Shown here: piece by piece, positions 1-8,900 of the stretch | Layout: every line of letters starts with the position of its first letter | Position numbering within the stretch: position 1 is the first letter of the stretch | From: a virus | Taxonomy: Duplodnaviria; Caudoviricetes | Strand: one strand, 5' to 3' | DNA: 64,000 nt | IMG/VR virus record: IMGVR_UViG_3300031949_000016 | Span: 22,692 to 86,691 of that record | Notes under the pieces: generated by a model | Seen by the model: only the letters and a program-made list of their open reading frames with translations | Told to the model about the DNA's origin: nothing | The model's database searches: none | Position numbers and translations under genes: made by a program

Positions 1-277
1 TCCGATCACGGATCGCATTAAGCCGCGCAACCTGATCCATAATCTTATTGAACTTCACCAACAGATCAGTCGCCAACGGCACCAGTCGCTCCGCCTTACC
101 CAACTCGAGCGGGGTCGGTTTCATATTCTCCTCATCTCTCAGAACAGCAGTCAGGCGACTCTCAAGAACATTGATAGCCTCGATCAGTTCCGCAATACCC
201 TTTTCGAGCAGAGCCGTATGCCTGACAACCTGCGCCTCACGTTCCGGTGTAGCATTACCGTATTGATTAGTAGCCAT
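1..277 (-). CDS. Hypothetical coiled-coil protein, runs off window edge
   Basis: Manual translation MATNQYGNATPEREAQVVRHTALLEKGIAELIEAINVLESRL..., open to base 1. Confidence 0.5.
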   Translation of the reverse strand, partial: MATNQYGNATPEREAQVVRHTALLEKGIAELIEAINVLESRLTAVLRDEENMKPTPLELGKAERLVPLATDLLVKFNKIMDQVARLNAIRDR

Positions 278-278
278 G

Positions 279-524
279 TTACCTTATCTCCTTATCTTTT
301 CTGACAATTCCGCTGGATGCTAATGTCACTCTGCCTTTATCAATTACACTAACGACATCCGCAAGAATATCATCGGCTCTGTCGGGTATTGCTCCCCCGC
401 ACCGCCCACACACGCCGCCCAGCGGTCCCCTTCCCTTTTGTGGACCACATCGGCACCAATCGGCATCGACCATCTTAACCATACCGTCCTGCGTCAAATA
501 AGGACGTTGTACGTTGGCACTCAT
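279..524 (-). CDS. Hypothetical protein with Cys cluster
   Basis: ORF track; CRC...CGRC; tightly packed with neighbours. Confidence 0.5.
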   Translation of the reverse strand: MSANVQRPYLTQDGMVKMVDADWCRCGPQKGRGPLGGVCGRCGGAIPDRADDILADVVSVIDKGRVTLASSGIVRKDKEIR

Positions 525-679
525 TGCTTCACGCCTTTCTTGGCATACTTCACTGTTTGCCTAAACCCACACCACTTACACCACAACTGCGTATCGCCTT
601 CTGGGTAGATAGGCGGCGCGTAGTGCCAGTGATGCCTGTGAGCGAATCGCACGATAAGTCGGTAAAAGAATGCGTACAT
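521..679 (-). CDS. Small hypothetical protein (52 aa, CKWC)
   Basis: Manual translation MYAFFYRLIVRFAHRHHWHYAPPIYPEGDTQLWCKWCGF...; ATGA overlap with next gene. Confidence 0.45.
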   Translation of the reverse strand: MYAFFYRLIVRFAHRHHWHYAPPIYPEGDTQLWCKWCGFRQTVKYAKKGVKQ

Positions 680-717
680 GGTACCAGTACAATTACTAAT
701 CTATAATTACTTCTTCC

Positions 718-1650
718 TCACACCGGCTTCCACACCACCAGCGAATGCCCCTCCAGAAAATACGACCCCGAATAAGTCCGCTTTGCCTCGATGATCTCCA
801 CCTTCCCGTGCGCCTCCAACTCCCGCAGCCGCGGCAGGAATCCCCGCAGATACTTCCGCTTCCGGCAGTACAGCACCGACAACTGATCGAGCAAACTATC
901 CTCATCCATCAGCTCGTCAATCGGCTCCAGATGAACGCACACCGCCGGCCGCCGCTCGATCAACCACTGCAAGAACACCTCGAACCGATCCCCCACCTGC
1001 TCCAGCGCCGCCACCGTCAGCACCCCCGTGTTATTCGTCATCCCCACCAGGTTGTCGGGGTCGTAAAAGTTGAAATGCCGCCCCACGATATTCGTCTCAA
1101 TCCCCAGCTTCACTACTTCCTTAATGATCAACTGCGTCGTCGGCACCCAATCCAACCCCACCAACCGCGCCGTTGGATTGAACCGCCGCGCCCGCAGCAA
1201 ATGGTACGCCGGCCCGCACCCGAACTCCATGATCGTATCCACCTGGCTCAACCACGTCTCGATCGCCCAATCCACAACCAAACAATGGATCTTGTAATCG
1301 AACCTCTCGGTGAGCGGCCGGACAATGTTCTGATTCCACCGCACCAACTCGTGCTTCCCGTGGTAACGCGGCACCAGCGCCTCCGGCTGCCGGCCCTCGC
1401 GCAGCGCCTGCAAATTCTCCCTCCAACCCGTCTCCCACTCCGCCTGCCGGTTCACCCCCGCCGCGATCAAATCATCCCGCACCAGCGTCCGCACCACGTC
1501 CAATAGATACCGCTCCCGCTCCTCCTCGTTGAGCACCGCATACCGAAGTTCCGCCGCCTCGCACTGATCTTGCAGGGCTGGACTCAACAGAGTAACCAAC
1601 ACATGCCCAAAAAACTCTGGCGTAATGAGAAACCTGTTCAACTCGTCCAT
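718..1650 (-). CDS. Class I SAM-dependent methyltransferase, probably acting on a sugar
   Basis: Motif I MEFGCGPAYH, acidic GLDW; in an operon with sugar enzymes. Confidence 0.75.
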   Translation of the reverse strand: MDELNRFLITPEFFGHVLVTLLSPALQDQCEAAELRYAVLNEEERERYLLDVVRTLVRDDLIAAGVNRQAEWETGWRENLQALREGRQPEALVPRYHGKHELVRWNQNIVRPLTERFDYKIHCLVVDWAIETWLSQVDTIMEFGCGPAYHLLRARRFNPTARLVGLDWVPTTQLIIKEVVKLGIETNIVGRHFNFYDPDNLVGMTNNTGVLTVAALEQVGDRFEVFLQWLIERRPAVCVHLEPIDELMDEDSLLDQLSVLYCRKRKYLRGFLPRLRELEAHGKVEIIEAKRTYSGSYFLEGHSLVVWKPV

Positions 1651-1663
1651 TACTAATTACCAC

Positions 1664-2725
1664 TTACCTTTCGTATATTCCCCTCTGCCACGCGATCGTC
1701 CGCGCCAACCCCTCCGGCAACCCCATGAACTCCACCGGCCCGAACTCGTCCGCGTATCGGCTGATGCTCATCTGCCCGTTACCCACTGCGCCGGCCACCC
1801 GGTCCCGATCGTCGGGTGGTACAATCACCGGCACCCCCAGCCACCGCCCGATCAGATTCGCCAGTTCCACGATCGTCGTCCCCGAAATTCCACCCACGTT
1901 GTACACGGGATAGCCCCCCTTATTTGGTGGGGTCGCCTGCTTGCCATCCAACAATATCATCCACAGCATGTGTACGGCGTCCGCCACGTAACAATAAGTC
2001 CTATTCGCCTCACCCCGATCGCGCAGCCGAATCTCGCCCTTGCTTAGCGCCTGCTCGATAAACGAATTGAGAACGCGCGCATCCCCCGTCCGCGTCCCAG
2101 GCCCGTAAGCCAGGCTAAGCCTGGCGACCTTCGCGTCGACCCCGTGCGTGCGATAGGCGTGGCACATCGCCTCCCCGCACCGCTTGCCCTCGATGTAACT
2201 CGACCGCAGATGCGCCGGCGTCGTCGTCCCGATCTGGTCTTCCCCGTAGGGCGAATCATTCAACCCGCTATACACCTCACTGCTGCTGCAAAAAAGAAAA
2301 TGCCCGCCAGGGATCACCTTATCGAGCAATGCACACGTCACCGCTGTATTCAATTTTAGCGTAGCCACTGCCTCATCAAGGAACTTCATCGGCTGCCCGT
2401 ATGTCGCTGCATGGACAATCACGTGCGCACGTGGCAAACTATCCATCAACTCCCGCTCGTTAAGGTCGCCGGTCAAAAATGTCGCCAACCCGCTCTCAGC
2501 GTAGGGTCTGAGGTGTTCTGGCACGCTGCTCCTGACCACGGCCACCACGTCGATCGGAATCCCCAACTCCATCTGGCAATACGCCAGCCCCATCAACATC
2601 TGCGTCCCGATCAACCCCGAGGCCCCCGTCACCAGCACCGTCTTGTCGGCCAGCCTCTCAACCGGAACCCCGGTCAGGCTGCGCGCCGCGTCCTCTTCCA
2701 GCAAGTCAATCCTACAAGCGGACAT
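1664..2725 (-). CDS. NAD-dependent nucleotide-sugar epimerase/dehydratase (extended SDR)
   Basis: TGASGLIG, CSSSEVYS, YIEGK (YxxxK), YCYVAD; start moved to ATG at 2725 behind a GGGGA RBS. Confidence 0.9.
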   Translation of the reverse strand: MSACRIDLLEEDAARSLTGVPVERLADKTVLVTGASGLIGTQMLMGLAYCQMELGIPIDVVAVVRSSVPEHLRPYAESGLATFLTGDLNERELMDSLPRAHVIVHAATYGQPMKFLDEAVATLKLNTAVTCALLDKVIPGGHFLFCSSSEVYSGLNDSPYGEDQIGTTTPAHLRSSYIEGKRCGEAMCHAYRTHGVDAKVARLSLAYGPGTRTGDARVLNSFIEQALSKGEIRLRDRGEANRTYCYVADAVHMLWMILLDGKQATPPNKGGYPVYNVGGISGTTIVELANLIGRWLGVPVIVPPDDRDRVAGAVGNGQMSISRYADEFGPVEFMGLPEGLARTIAWQRGIYER

Positions 2726-3620
2726 GAGATAATCCCCATCCTGGGGAGGAATTGATGAACTCCTCAATCCGCGCCCTGATCTGATAGCCCAACAACTCGC
2801 CCTCTTTATCGTTCTCCTCCGCCGTCCCGTAATGATTCATGAACATCTTCGGAACGCCAATCGACAAAAGTGCGGCATTCACGACGTTAGTGACATCGTG
2901 TGCCATCGTCCCTCTATAGAACGGCTCGACAACTACCACCTTACCAGACCGGCAGTGGTCTATAATCGCCTCGAAATCGAACGGCACCACCGTCGTGTAA
3001 TACAACACCGTCACATCCAGATACTTCGTCGCCTCCATCACCCGATCCAGCATCGGCCCCACCGCGATGACGGTCGCCAGCGTTCCCCGCTTCACCACCA
3101 CCGCCTTCCCGAAATCGATCGGGCTGCAACTCATCGCATTGCATCGCTCACTCAGCCGGAAGTACGTCGGCCACAGGTCGTCATACGCCCACTTGAACAG
3201 CTGGTCGAACTCGTCCGGCGTCCCCGGCACCACAATCTCCATGACCGGCAGCGTCTTCAACAACGCCACGTCCCCCGGCGCATGATGCGTACACCCCAGG
3301 CTAGCATAGTCATACGATGCGCCCACGCTAACGATATTCACCGGCAATGATTGGTAGCACACATCGTCCTTCAACTGCTCGAAACACCGCTCCACCGCGA
3401 ACGGCGCGATCGTATGAATGACGGGTCGCAGCCCCTCCATCGCCAGCCCCGCCGCCAATGACACCATCGCCTGCTCGCAAACCCCAACGTTGATCACGCG
3501 CGCCGGCCACTTTTCAGCCGCCTCCCGGAACCCCCACACCCCGATGTCGCCCAGCAGCAGCACCAGCCGCTTATCGTGCGCCATCAACTCCATGATCGTC
3601 TTAACGAATTGCTTCCTCAT
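2712..3620 (-). CDS. Transketolase-like protein, pyrimidine-binding/C-terminal half
   Basis: LLGDIG, INVGVCEQAMVSLAAGLAMEG, LGCTHH. Confidence 0.9.
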   Translation of the reverse strand: MRKQFVKTIMELMAHDKRLVLLLGDIGVWGFREAAEKWPARVINVGVCEQAMVSLAAGLAMEGLRPVIHTIAPFAVERCFEQLKDDVCYQSLPVNIVSVGASYDYASLGCTHHAPGDVALLKTLPVMEIVVPGTPDEFDQLFKWAYDDLWPTYFRLSERCNAMSCSPIDFGKAVVVKRGTLATVIAVGPMLDRVMEATKYLDVTVLYYTTVVPFDFEAIIDHCRSGKVVVVEPFYRGTMAHDVTNVVNAALLSIGVPKMFMNHYGTAEENDKEGELLGYQIRARIEEFINSSPGWGLSHVRL

Positions 3621-3650
3621 CCCTTTGCTTCTTTGCCCCTTTGCGTGAGA

Positions 3651-4493
3651 TCATTCCAACTCTGCCAGAATAGCCGTCAGTTCCTCTTTGTTCGGTGCCC
3701 GATGATGCCACGCCGGATTGTTCTCCATCTCCTTCACCCCGTTGCCCTTGATCGTGTTTGCCACAATCACCACCGGCTGATGCTCCGGCTGCCACTGCAT
3801 AGCCGCCACAATAGATTTATGGTCATGCCCGTTGATGCTCACATCGAACCACCCAAACGCCCGAAACTTCTCCGCGATATTCCCCATCCGCAGCGCCCGG
3901 TCCGTCGAGTGGTTATAGTCCACAATGACAGTAAGATTGCCTAATTCATGATGCGCCGCCAGCAGCGCCGCTTCCCAGATCGAACCCTCGTTGCACTCCC
4001 CATCACCCACCAGCACCACCACCCTACTTGCCCCATCCCCTTTGCCCCTTTGCCCCTTTGCGTGAGCCTCTTTTATCTTCAACCCTAACGCCATCCCCAC
4101 GCTCATCGGCAGCCCGTGCCCCAGACTCCCCGTGCTCGCCTCAACCCCCGGCACCTTATTCCGATCGGGATGTCCCCCCAGCCTGCTATCGAACTGTGCG
4201 AAGCCCTCCAATTCATCCACCGGAAAGAACCCCTTCTCGGCCAACACCGCATACAGCGCCAGGCAACCGTGCCCCTTGCTCAGTACGAACCGATCCCGCT
4301 CCTCCCACCGTGGCTTCTGTGGATCGACCCGCAGCACCTTGTCATACAGCACCCACACCAAGTCCAGGATACTCAGTGCGCTGGCGATGTGCCCCTCGCC
4401 GGCCTCGTATGCCATCTGCACGATCCGCCTCCGTAAATTGTTGAGCACCACCGCGCCACCCTCCCCTTGGAGTGGAAGTTGAAGTGCGTCCAT
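3651..4493 (-). CDS. Transketolase-like protein, ThDP-binding N-terminal half
   Basis: GHIASALS, RFVLSKGH, STGSLGHGL, GDGECNEGSIWEA...DYN; start at ATG 4493 behind GGAG. Confidence 0.9.
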   Translation of the reverse strand: MDALQLPLQGEGGAVVLNNLRRRIVQMAYEAGEGHIASALSILDLVWVLYDKVLRVDPQKPRWEERDRFVLSKGHGCLALYAVLAEKGFFPVDELEGFAQFDSRLGGHPDRNKVPGVEASTGSLGHGLPMSVGMALGLKIKEAHAKGQRGKGDGASRVVVLVGDGECNEGSIWEAALLAAHHELGNLTVIVDYNHSTDRALRMGNIAEKFRAFGWFDVSINGHDHKSIVAAMQWQPEHQPVVIVANTIKGNGVKEMENNPAWHHRAPNKEELTAILAELE

Positions 4494-4499
4494 ACTATA

Positions 4500-4770
4500 A
4501 CTCCTATCCCAAACAAAAAAGCGCCGACACCTCCCGCAGAGGCTCGGCGCTTTCAGTTCCGCACAGAACAAGTTATTCGATTAGGATCGGCCTTCCACCA
4601 TTCCGGCCGTGTTATCGGTTTACGGCTTGCAATCTCATCAAGTTCTCTCGTCGGATTAGTTTGTAGAGATTGCTCAGGCAACTAGCACCGACTTACAGTC
4701 CCAGTCATTTACATCTCGTGGAACTGGTTACGGTGGCCTAGTCCTTGCCCAACTATTAAAAATAGTTTAT
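4500..4770 (-). ncRNA. Candidate multi-stem structured RNA, unassigned
   Basis: Non-coding gap with nested stems CTAGGCCACCG/CGGTGCTAG, GCAATCTC/GAGATTGC, GCCGT/ACGGC, ending in a terminator. Confidence 0.3.
4515..4555 (-). terminator. Intrinsic terminator-like hairpin
   Basis: AAAGCGCCGA...TCGGCGCTTTTTT on - strand. Confidence 0.65.
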
Positions 4771-4849
4771 CGAATTATTTCCGCCCGTGCCTACTGCGGT
4801 GATCACGGTCTTCCCCAGTTTCACCTTCTGCCGGCTCAGCACGGTCGGT

Positions 4850-5017
4850 CTACCCCTGCAAAGTCAAACCTGTTCTGACTGCCCATCGCGTTTCATTGAA
4901 CACAAACCGCACCGCCTTGTCCTGCAAGCACTCGCTGCATATTCCAAAATCGTGCGGATGATTCGCGCGGGCTTCTAGTTCGGGATGCTTTGCCAGACAT
5001 TGGTCACAAAGTCTCAT
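4850..5017 (-). CDS. Small Zn-finger-like protein (55 aa)
   Basis: Manual translation MRLCDQCLAKH...ICSECLQ; ATGA overlap. Confidence 0.55.
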   Translation of the reverse strand: MRLCDQCLAKHPELEARANHPHDFGICSECLQDKAVRFVFNETRWAVRTGLTLQG

Positions 5018-5208
5018 GGTGTTTTCCTGTCCACCAGCCCTGTTTCAACTGCGGTCTGGCTGGCGGTTTTAACCCGCTGGGGCAATTGTGCAAGAGCGGC
5101 TTTAGAAAAGTTCACGGCATACCATTCCAAATTAGTAGAAGGAACAACCTGTGATAGTTTTTCAAAGTGATCAATAACTTCTTTCAACCAACCGGAAATG
5201 TATGTCAT
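5014..5208 (-). CDS. Hypothetical protein
   Basis: ORF track; operon packing. Confidence 0.5.
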   Translation of the reverse strand: MTYISGWLKEVIDHFEKLSQVVPSTNLEWYAVNFSKAALAQLPQRVKTASQTAVETGLVDRKTP

Positions 5209-5220
5209 GTTAGATCCAAA

Positions 5221-5454
5221 CTATCCCCGCTTCACCCTTCTCGGCACCGTCAAGATCGCCAGGTTACGTTGATCCATAAACTTGAAAAGGTCAGACGTCC
5301 GGCCGATGACCAGCCACTGTGTCTTGGTCACTACCCCATTCCCCGCCGCGATCTCCACGTCGAGCACATCGTCAACTTTCCAATCCGCCGGCCGCCCGGC
5401 CCCCGCTCGCCGTCCCCCCCGTTGAAATGGTTTCTTGATCCGTCGTGTCCCCAT
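5221..5454 (-). CDS. Small protein with RGGRRAGAGRP motif, probably leaderless
   Basis: ATG 6 nt downstream of a -10 box. Confidence 0.6.
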   Translation of the reverse strand: MGTRRIKKPFQRGGRRAGAGRPADWKVDDVLDVEIAAGNGVVTKTQWLVIGRTSDLFKFMDQRNLAILTVPRRVKRG

Positions 5455-5460
5455 GCCATG

Positions 5461-5489
5461 AGTATACTTGAATAATCATCCCAAGTCAA
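5461..5489 (-). promoter_or_regulatory. Sigma70-type promoter
   Basis: TTGACT-17-TATACT. Confidence 0.65.
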
Positions 5490-5502
5490 ATGCCACGACA
5501 CG

Positions 5503-5531
5503 TTGATTTTTCGAACGGACTGAGGTACACT
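5503..5531 (+). promoter_or_regulatory. Sigma70-type promoter, divergent from the previous one
   Basis: TTGATT-17-TACACT, ATG 6 nt downstream. Confidence 0.55.
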
Positions 5532-5537
5532 ATCCCC

Positions 5538-5948
5538 ATGATCTCATTCCCTACCTACACATTAAACATCCCCACCCACTACCTAGCGCCCAAACGCAAC
5601 GCCCCCCGTCGCCTGCGTCGTCTCCTCCTCCGTCTCCGCAACTTCCTAAACACCTTCGATGACAACGTGGAAGCGCCCTACACCGTCGTCACGCTCGATA
5701 CTCGCAAACTCATGGACATGATCAACGATCACGCCTACGACATCCGCCGCAGAACCGGTGCCGACCCGAAGTACATCATCATGGGACGCGATAAGTATTA
5801 CCAACTCACAGGAGAAATAGCCCAACGCTCCCCAAGGATCATTGATCTCACCACCCCCACCACCAGCGTTATGGGCATGTCCCTCATCGTCGTCCCCTGG
5901 ATCGACGGCCTCTTCTGCCTCCCCGACCTCGACTCCCTCCGCGCCTAA
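5538..5948 (+). CDS. Hypothetical protein, probably leaderless
   Basis: ORF track with start moved to ATG 5538. Confidence 0.6.
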   Translation: MISFPTYTLNIPTHYLAPKRNAPRRLRRLLLRLRNFLNTFDDNVEAPYTVVTLDTRKLMDMINDHAYDIRRRTGADPKYIIMGRDKYYQLTGEIAQRSPRIIDLTTPTTSVMGMSLIVVPWIDGLFCLPDLDSLRA

Positions 5949-5973
5949 TTACCAATTACCAGTTACCAATTAC

Positions 5974-8900
5974 TTATTGTAGCGCCATCTCCCGCATCAC
6001 CCACTCCTCCACACTCCCATACGGCTGCCCCGCCTGATTCCACGCCGCCGTAAACTTCTTCATCGCCGAACTGTTTGGCCGTCGCCCACCGAAGATCCAC
6101 GCCACCGCGATGTTGCTCAACTCCGGCGGAATCGTATACCCCGCGTCGTACCAGTCCGAAGCGGCCGGCGTCTCGTTCTGAGCGTACATCTTCGCCGTCT
6201 CGTCCAAATACGGCTGCACCGCCGGATACTGACCCAGAAAACTCCGTCTCCAATCCCAATACACCTCAATCGCCGGATTGTCTTGAAGGAACTGATCACG
6301 CACGCGCACCGCCACCGCATTCTGCATCTTCCCCGCACTCCCCACGTACCCCGCCAGTGACGGATGCTGCGCCTTCCATCGATCCACCGCATTCCAGTAC
6401 GCCGTCAACTCAGGATGCGCCGCCTTATACTGCCGCCGCTCCGTCGACCCCTTCGGCAAATCCAGATACTCGCCAATCACCTGCTCGATGTTCGGCCACT
6501 GCGCCCGCACCAGTCCCACGAAATCCGTCACCGCCGCCGGCGCCCCAGTGAAGTCCAACTTCTCGTGGTCGAGATTGAAATACTCCGTCTGCGCATCGCT
6601 CACATTCGGCCAATTGAACATCGCCTCGCGCAGGGTGTAGTACCCCTCGATCTGCTTCGCCGTGATCGGGTCCGTCCACTCCACCGGCAGCGGCTTCACG
6701 TCCGGCCCGTTCGGGATCATCATGCCCATTGTCGCCGCCCACTGCTGCAGCGTCTCGATCGGAATCGAAGAGTACGAGCGCGTATCCTTGTTCAGGAACA
6801 TCGTATCGAAATCGTTTCCGAACGCCTGTTGCACGTCCAGCCGGTAAGCGTGCGGCATGTTCGCCCACTTCTCCCACACCTTGTCGACCAGGAAATTCCG
6901 AAGCCGATCGTCCTTGTTGTCGTACAGCGCCAGCCGCGCCTCGTATTCGGGATGCTCGTTAAAGAACTTAGTAATCGACCCCGTGTCGCCGTTGTTCTGC
7001 GCCTGCCACGCCGCGCTGTACAGCAGCCCCAACTCGCGTTGCTTCTTCTCGCCTTCGGGATAGACGCCGACCGCCGATCCGAACAAGCCTCCGAAGCCCG
7101 TCTGCCAGAAATTCATCGTCGCCTCGCGCGCCACCGCAATGTCGAACGCCTGCCCCTTGCGCTCGATCATCGCCGTCCGCGCCTCGTCTGCACTGATCAA
7201 CCCGTCGGCCGCCATATTGCTGATCTCTCGATCGATCCGGTAATCCGACCATTGATCGAACACCGGCAGCCCCAGCGTCCTCGTCACCCCATTCACCAAA
7301 TTGTCGCCTACGCCCAGCGCATTGCTCACCGCCCGCGCGTATCGCGTCAACGGCACCGGCGAGTTCCGTTCGGGATGTCCATTCAACTGGTTGTACGCCA
7401 TCGACAACGGCAGGTGGGGCGACAACACCGAGAACGCCAGGTCAACCCCGTCGACGTCGAGATTCGGATCCTGCTTCTTCGCCTCGGCGATCGCCGACTC
7501 CCACAACGTCCCGCTGTGGCTCTCCAACGCAGACCGCACTTGGTCGGCGTCCTGCTGGTCGTCATCCTGCCAGCCCGTCAGAATCCTATCCGCCTTCGCC
7601 GTCAGCCGGCCCTCCTGCTCCGCGAACTGCTCCCACGGATAAATGAAGTTCTGGATCGGCAATCCGATCTTCATCGGGTCTATGAAGATTCCTCCCCCCA
7701 TCCAGTCCGGCAAAAACGGTAGTGGAATCTTGATCCTTCCCGCCAAACGGCTCGGCGTCCCCTCGCGCGTCACCTCCGTGTTCAAAAACTTATTGATTCG
7801 GAAGTACGACGCGACGAGGCTTGGCTTGTCGATCGAGTGCAGCGCCCACTTCATCATGGACTGGGTAGTCCAGAACTCATACGGGAACACCATCCCCAAC
7901 AGCGTGTTGTACTTGTAACGCCGACTGTAGTTCAACAAAGCCGCATCGCGGAGCCACTCCCCCCACTTCATCGCGCCCAAATTCGTGTTCGACATGTTGC
8001 CGTATTGCTGGTCCAGCCAGCGATTCAGACCCAATTTAGCCGGCTCGTCCAACGTCTGGCCCGTCTTCACATACGGGCTTTGCAAACCCTCGATCATCCT
8101 GCTTTCCAGCGCATCGATCACCGGCATCGTCTGCTTCTGCCACACATCCATTGCCGCGCTCGCGTAGGGCGTCGGCATCGACCCGATCTCGTTCACGATC
8201 CCCGGGGGCAGTGGCAAACTCCCCGGCTTGATAATGGGTATCGCCGTCGTCGTCCCATTCGGATTCTCAACCGTGACTTGCTTGGGCGTCACCTGCTTCA
8301 CAACCTTATTGCCCTCGCTCGTCGGCACACTCTCGCCCTCGGCCATCTTATACAGTTCCAGCCCGCCGGTCGGCGTATCCACACCCCATAGCGCCTGCTT
8401 GCTCAACTGCCACAACGTGTCCTTCTTCGGCGCTTCGATCGCAAACATCGAAATCTGGTGTGGGTCGGCGCTCGCCTTGACTCTCGAAGCGTAGTCCCGA
8501 AGTAGTATCCCGATCTTCTTCCCGCTGCGACCCAAATCGTCCAGCGTCACCAGCACGTCCGTCTGGAACGGCGTCAAATCTTTCTCGAAGAGTTGCATCT
8601 GGCCCAGGTAGTGCGCCACCGGCGTTCCCTCCGCCCGCAGCGTCGCCAACTTATCCACACTGATCGCCAGGTCGTTGGCGATGCTAAACTCGGCATATCG
8701 GCTTCCGCTGGCAATCAATCCTTCCGCCCTGGCTACGTCACCCAAACTCGCCATCATCCCGTTGGCGATGCGCTTGATGTCGTTGTCGGTCGATTCAAAG
8801 AACACCCGCACCAGTCGTTGCCCGGCCTCGCCCGGATAGGTCTTTGCAAACAGCGCCGCCGTCATCCGCTTGATCCCGTTCTGCGAAAGGTTGCCGGCCG

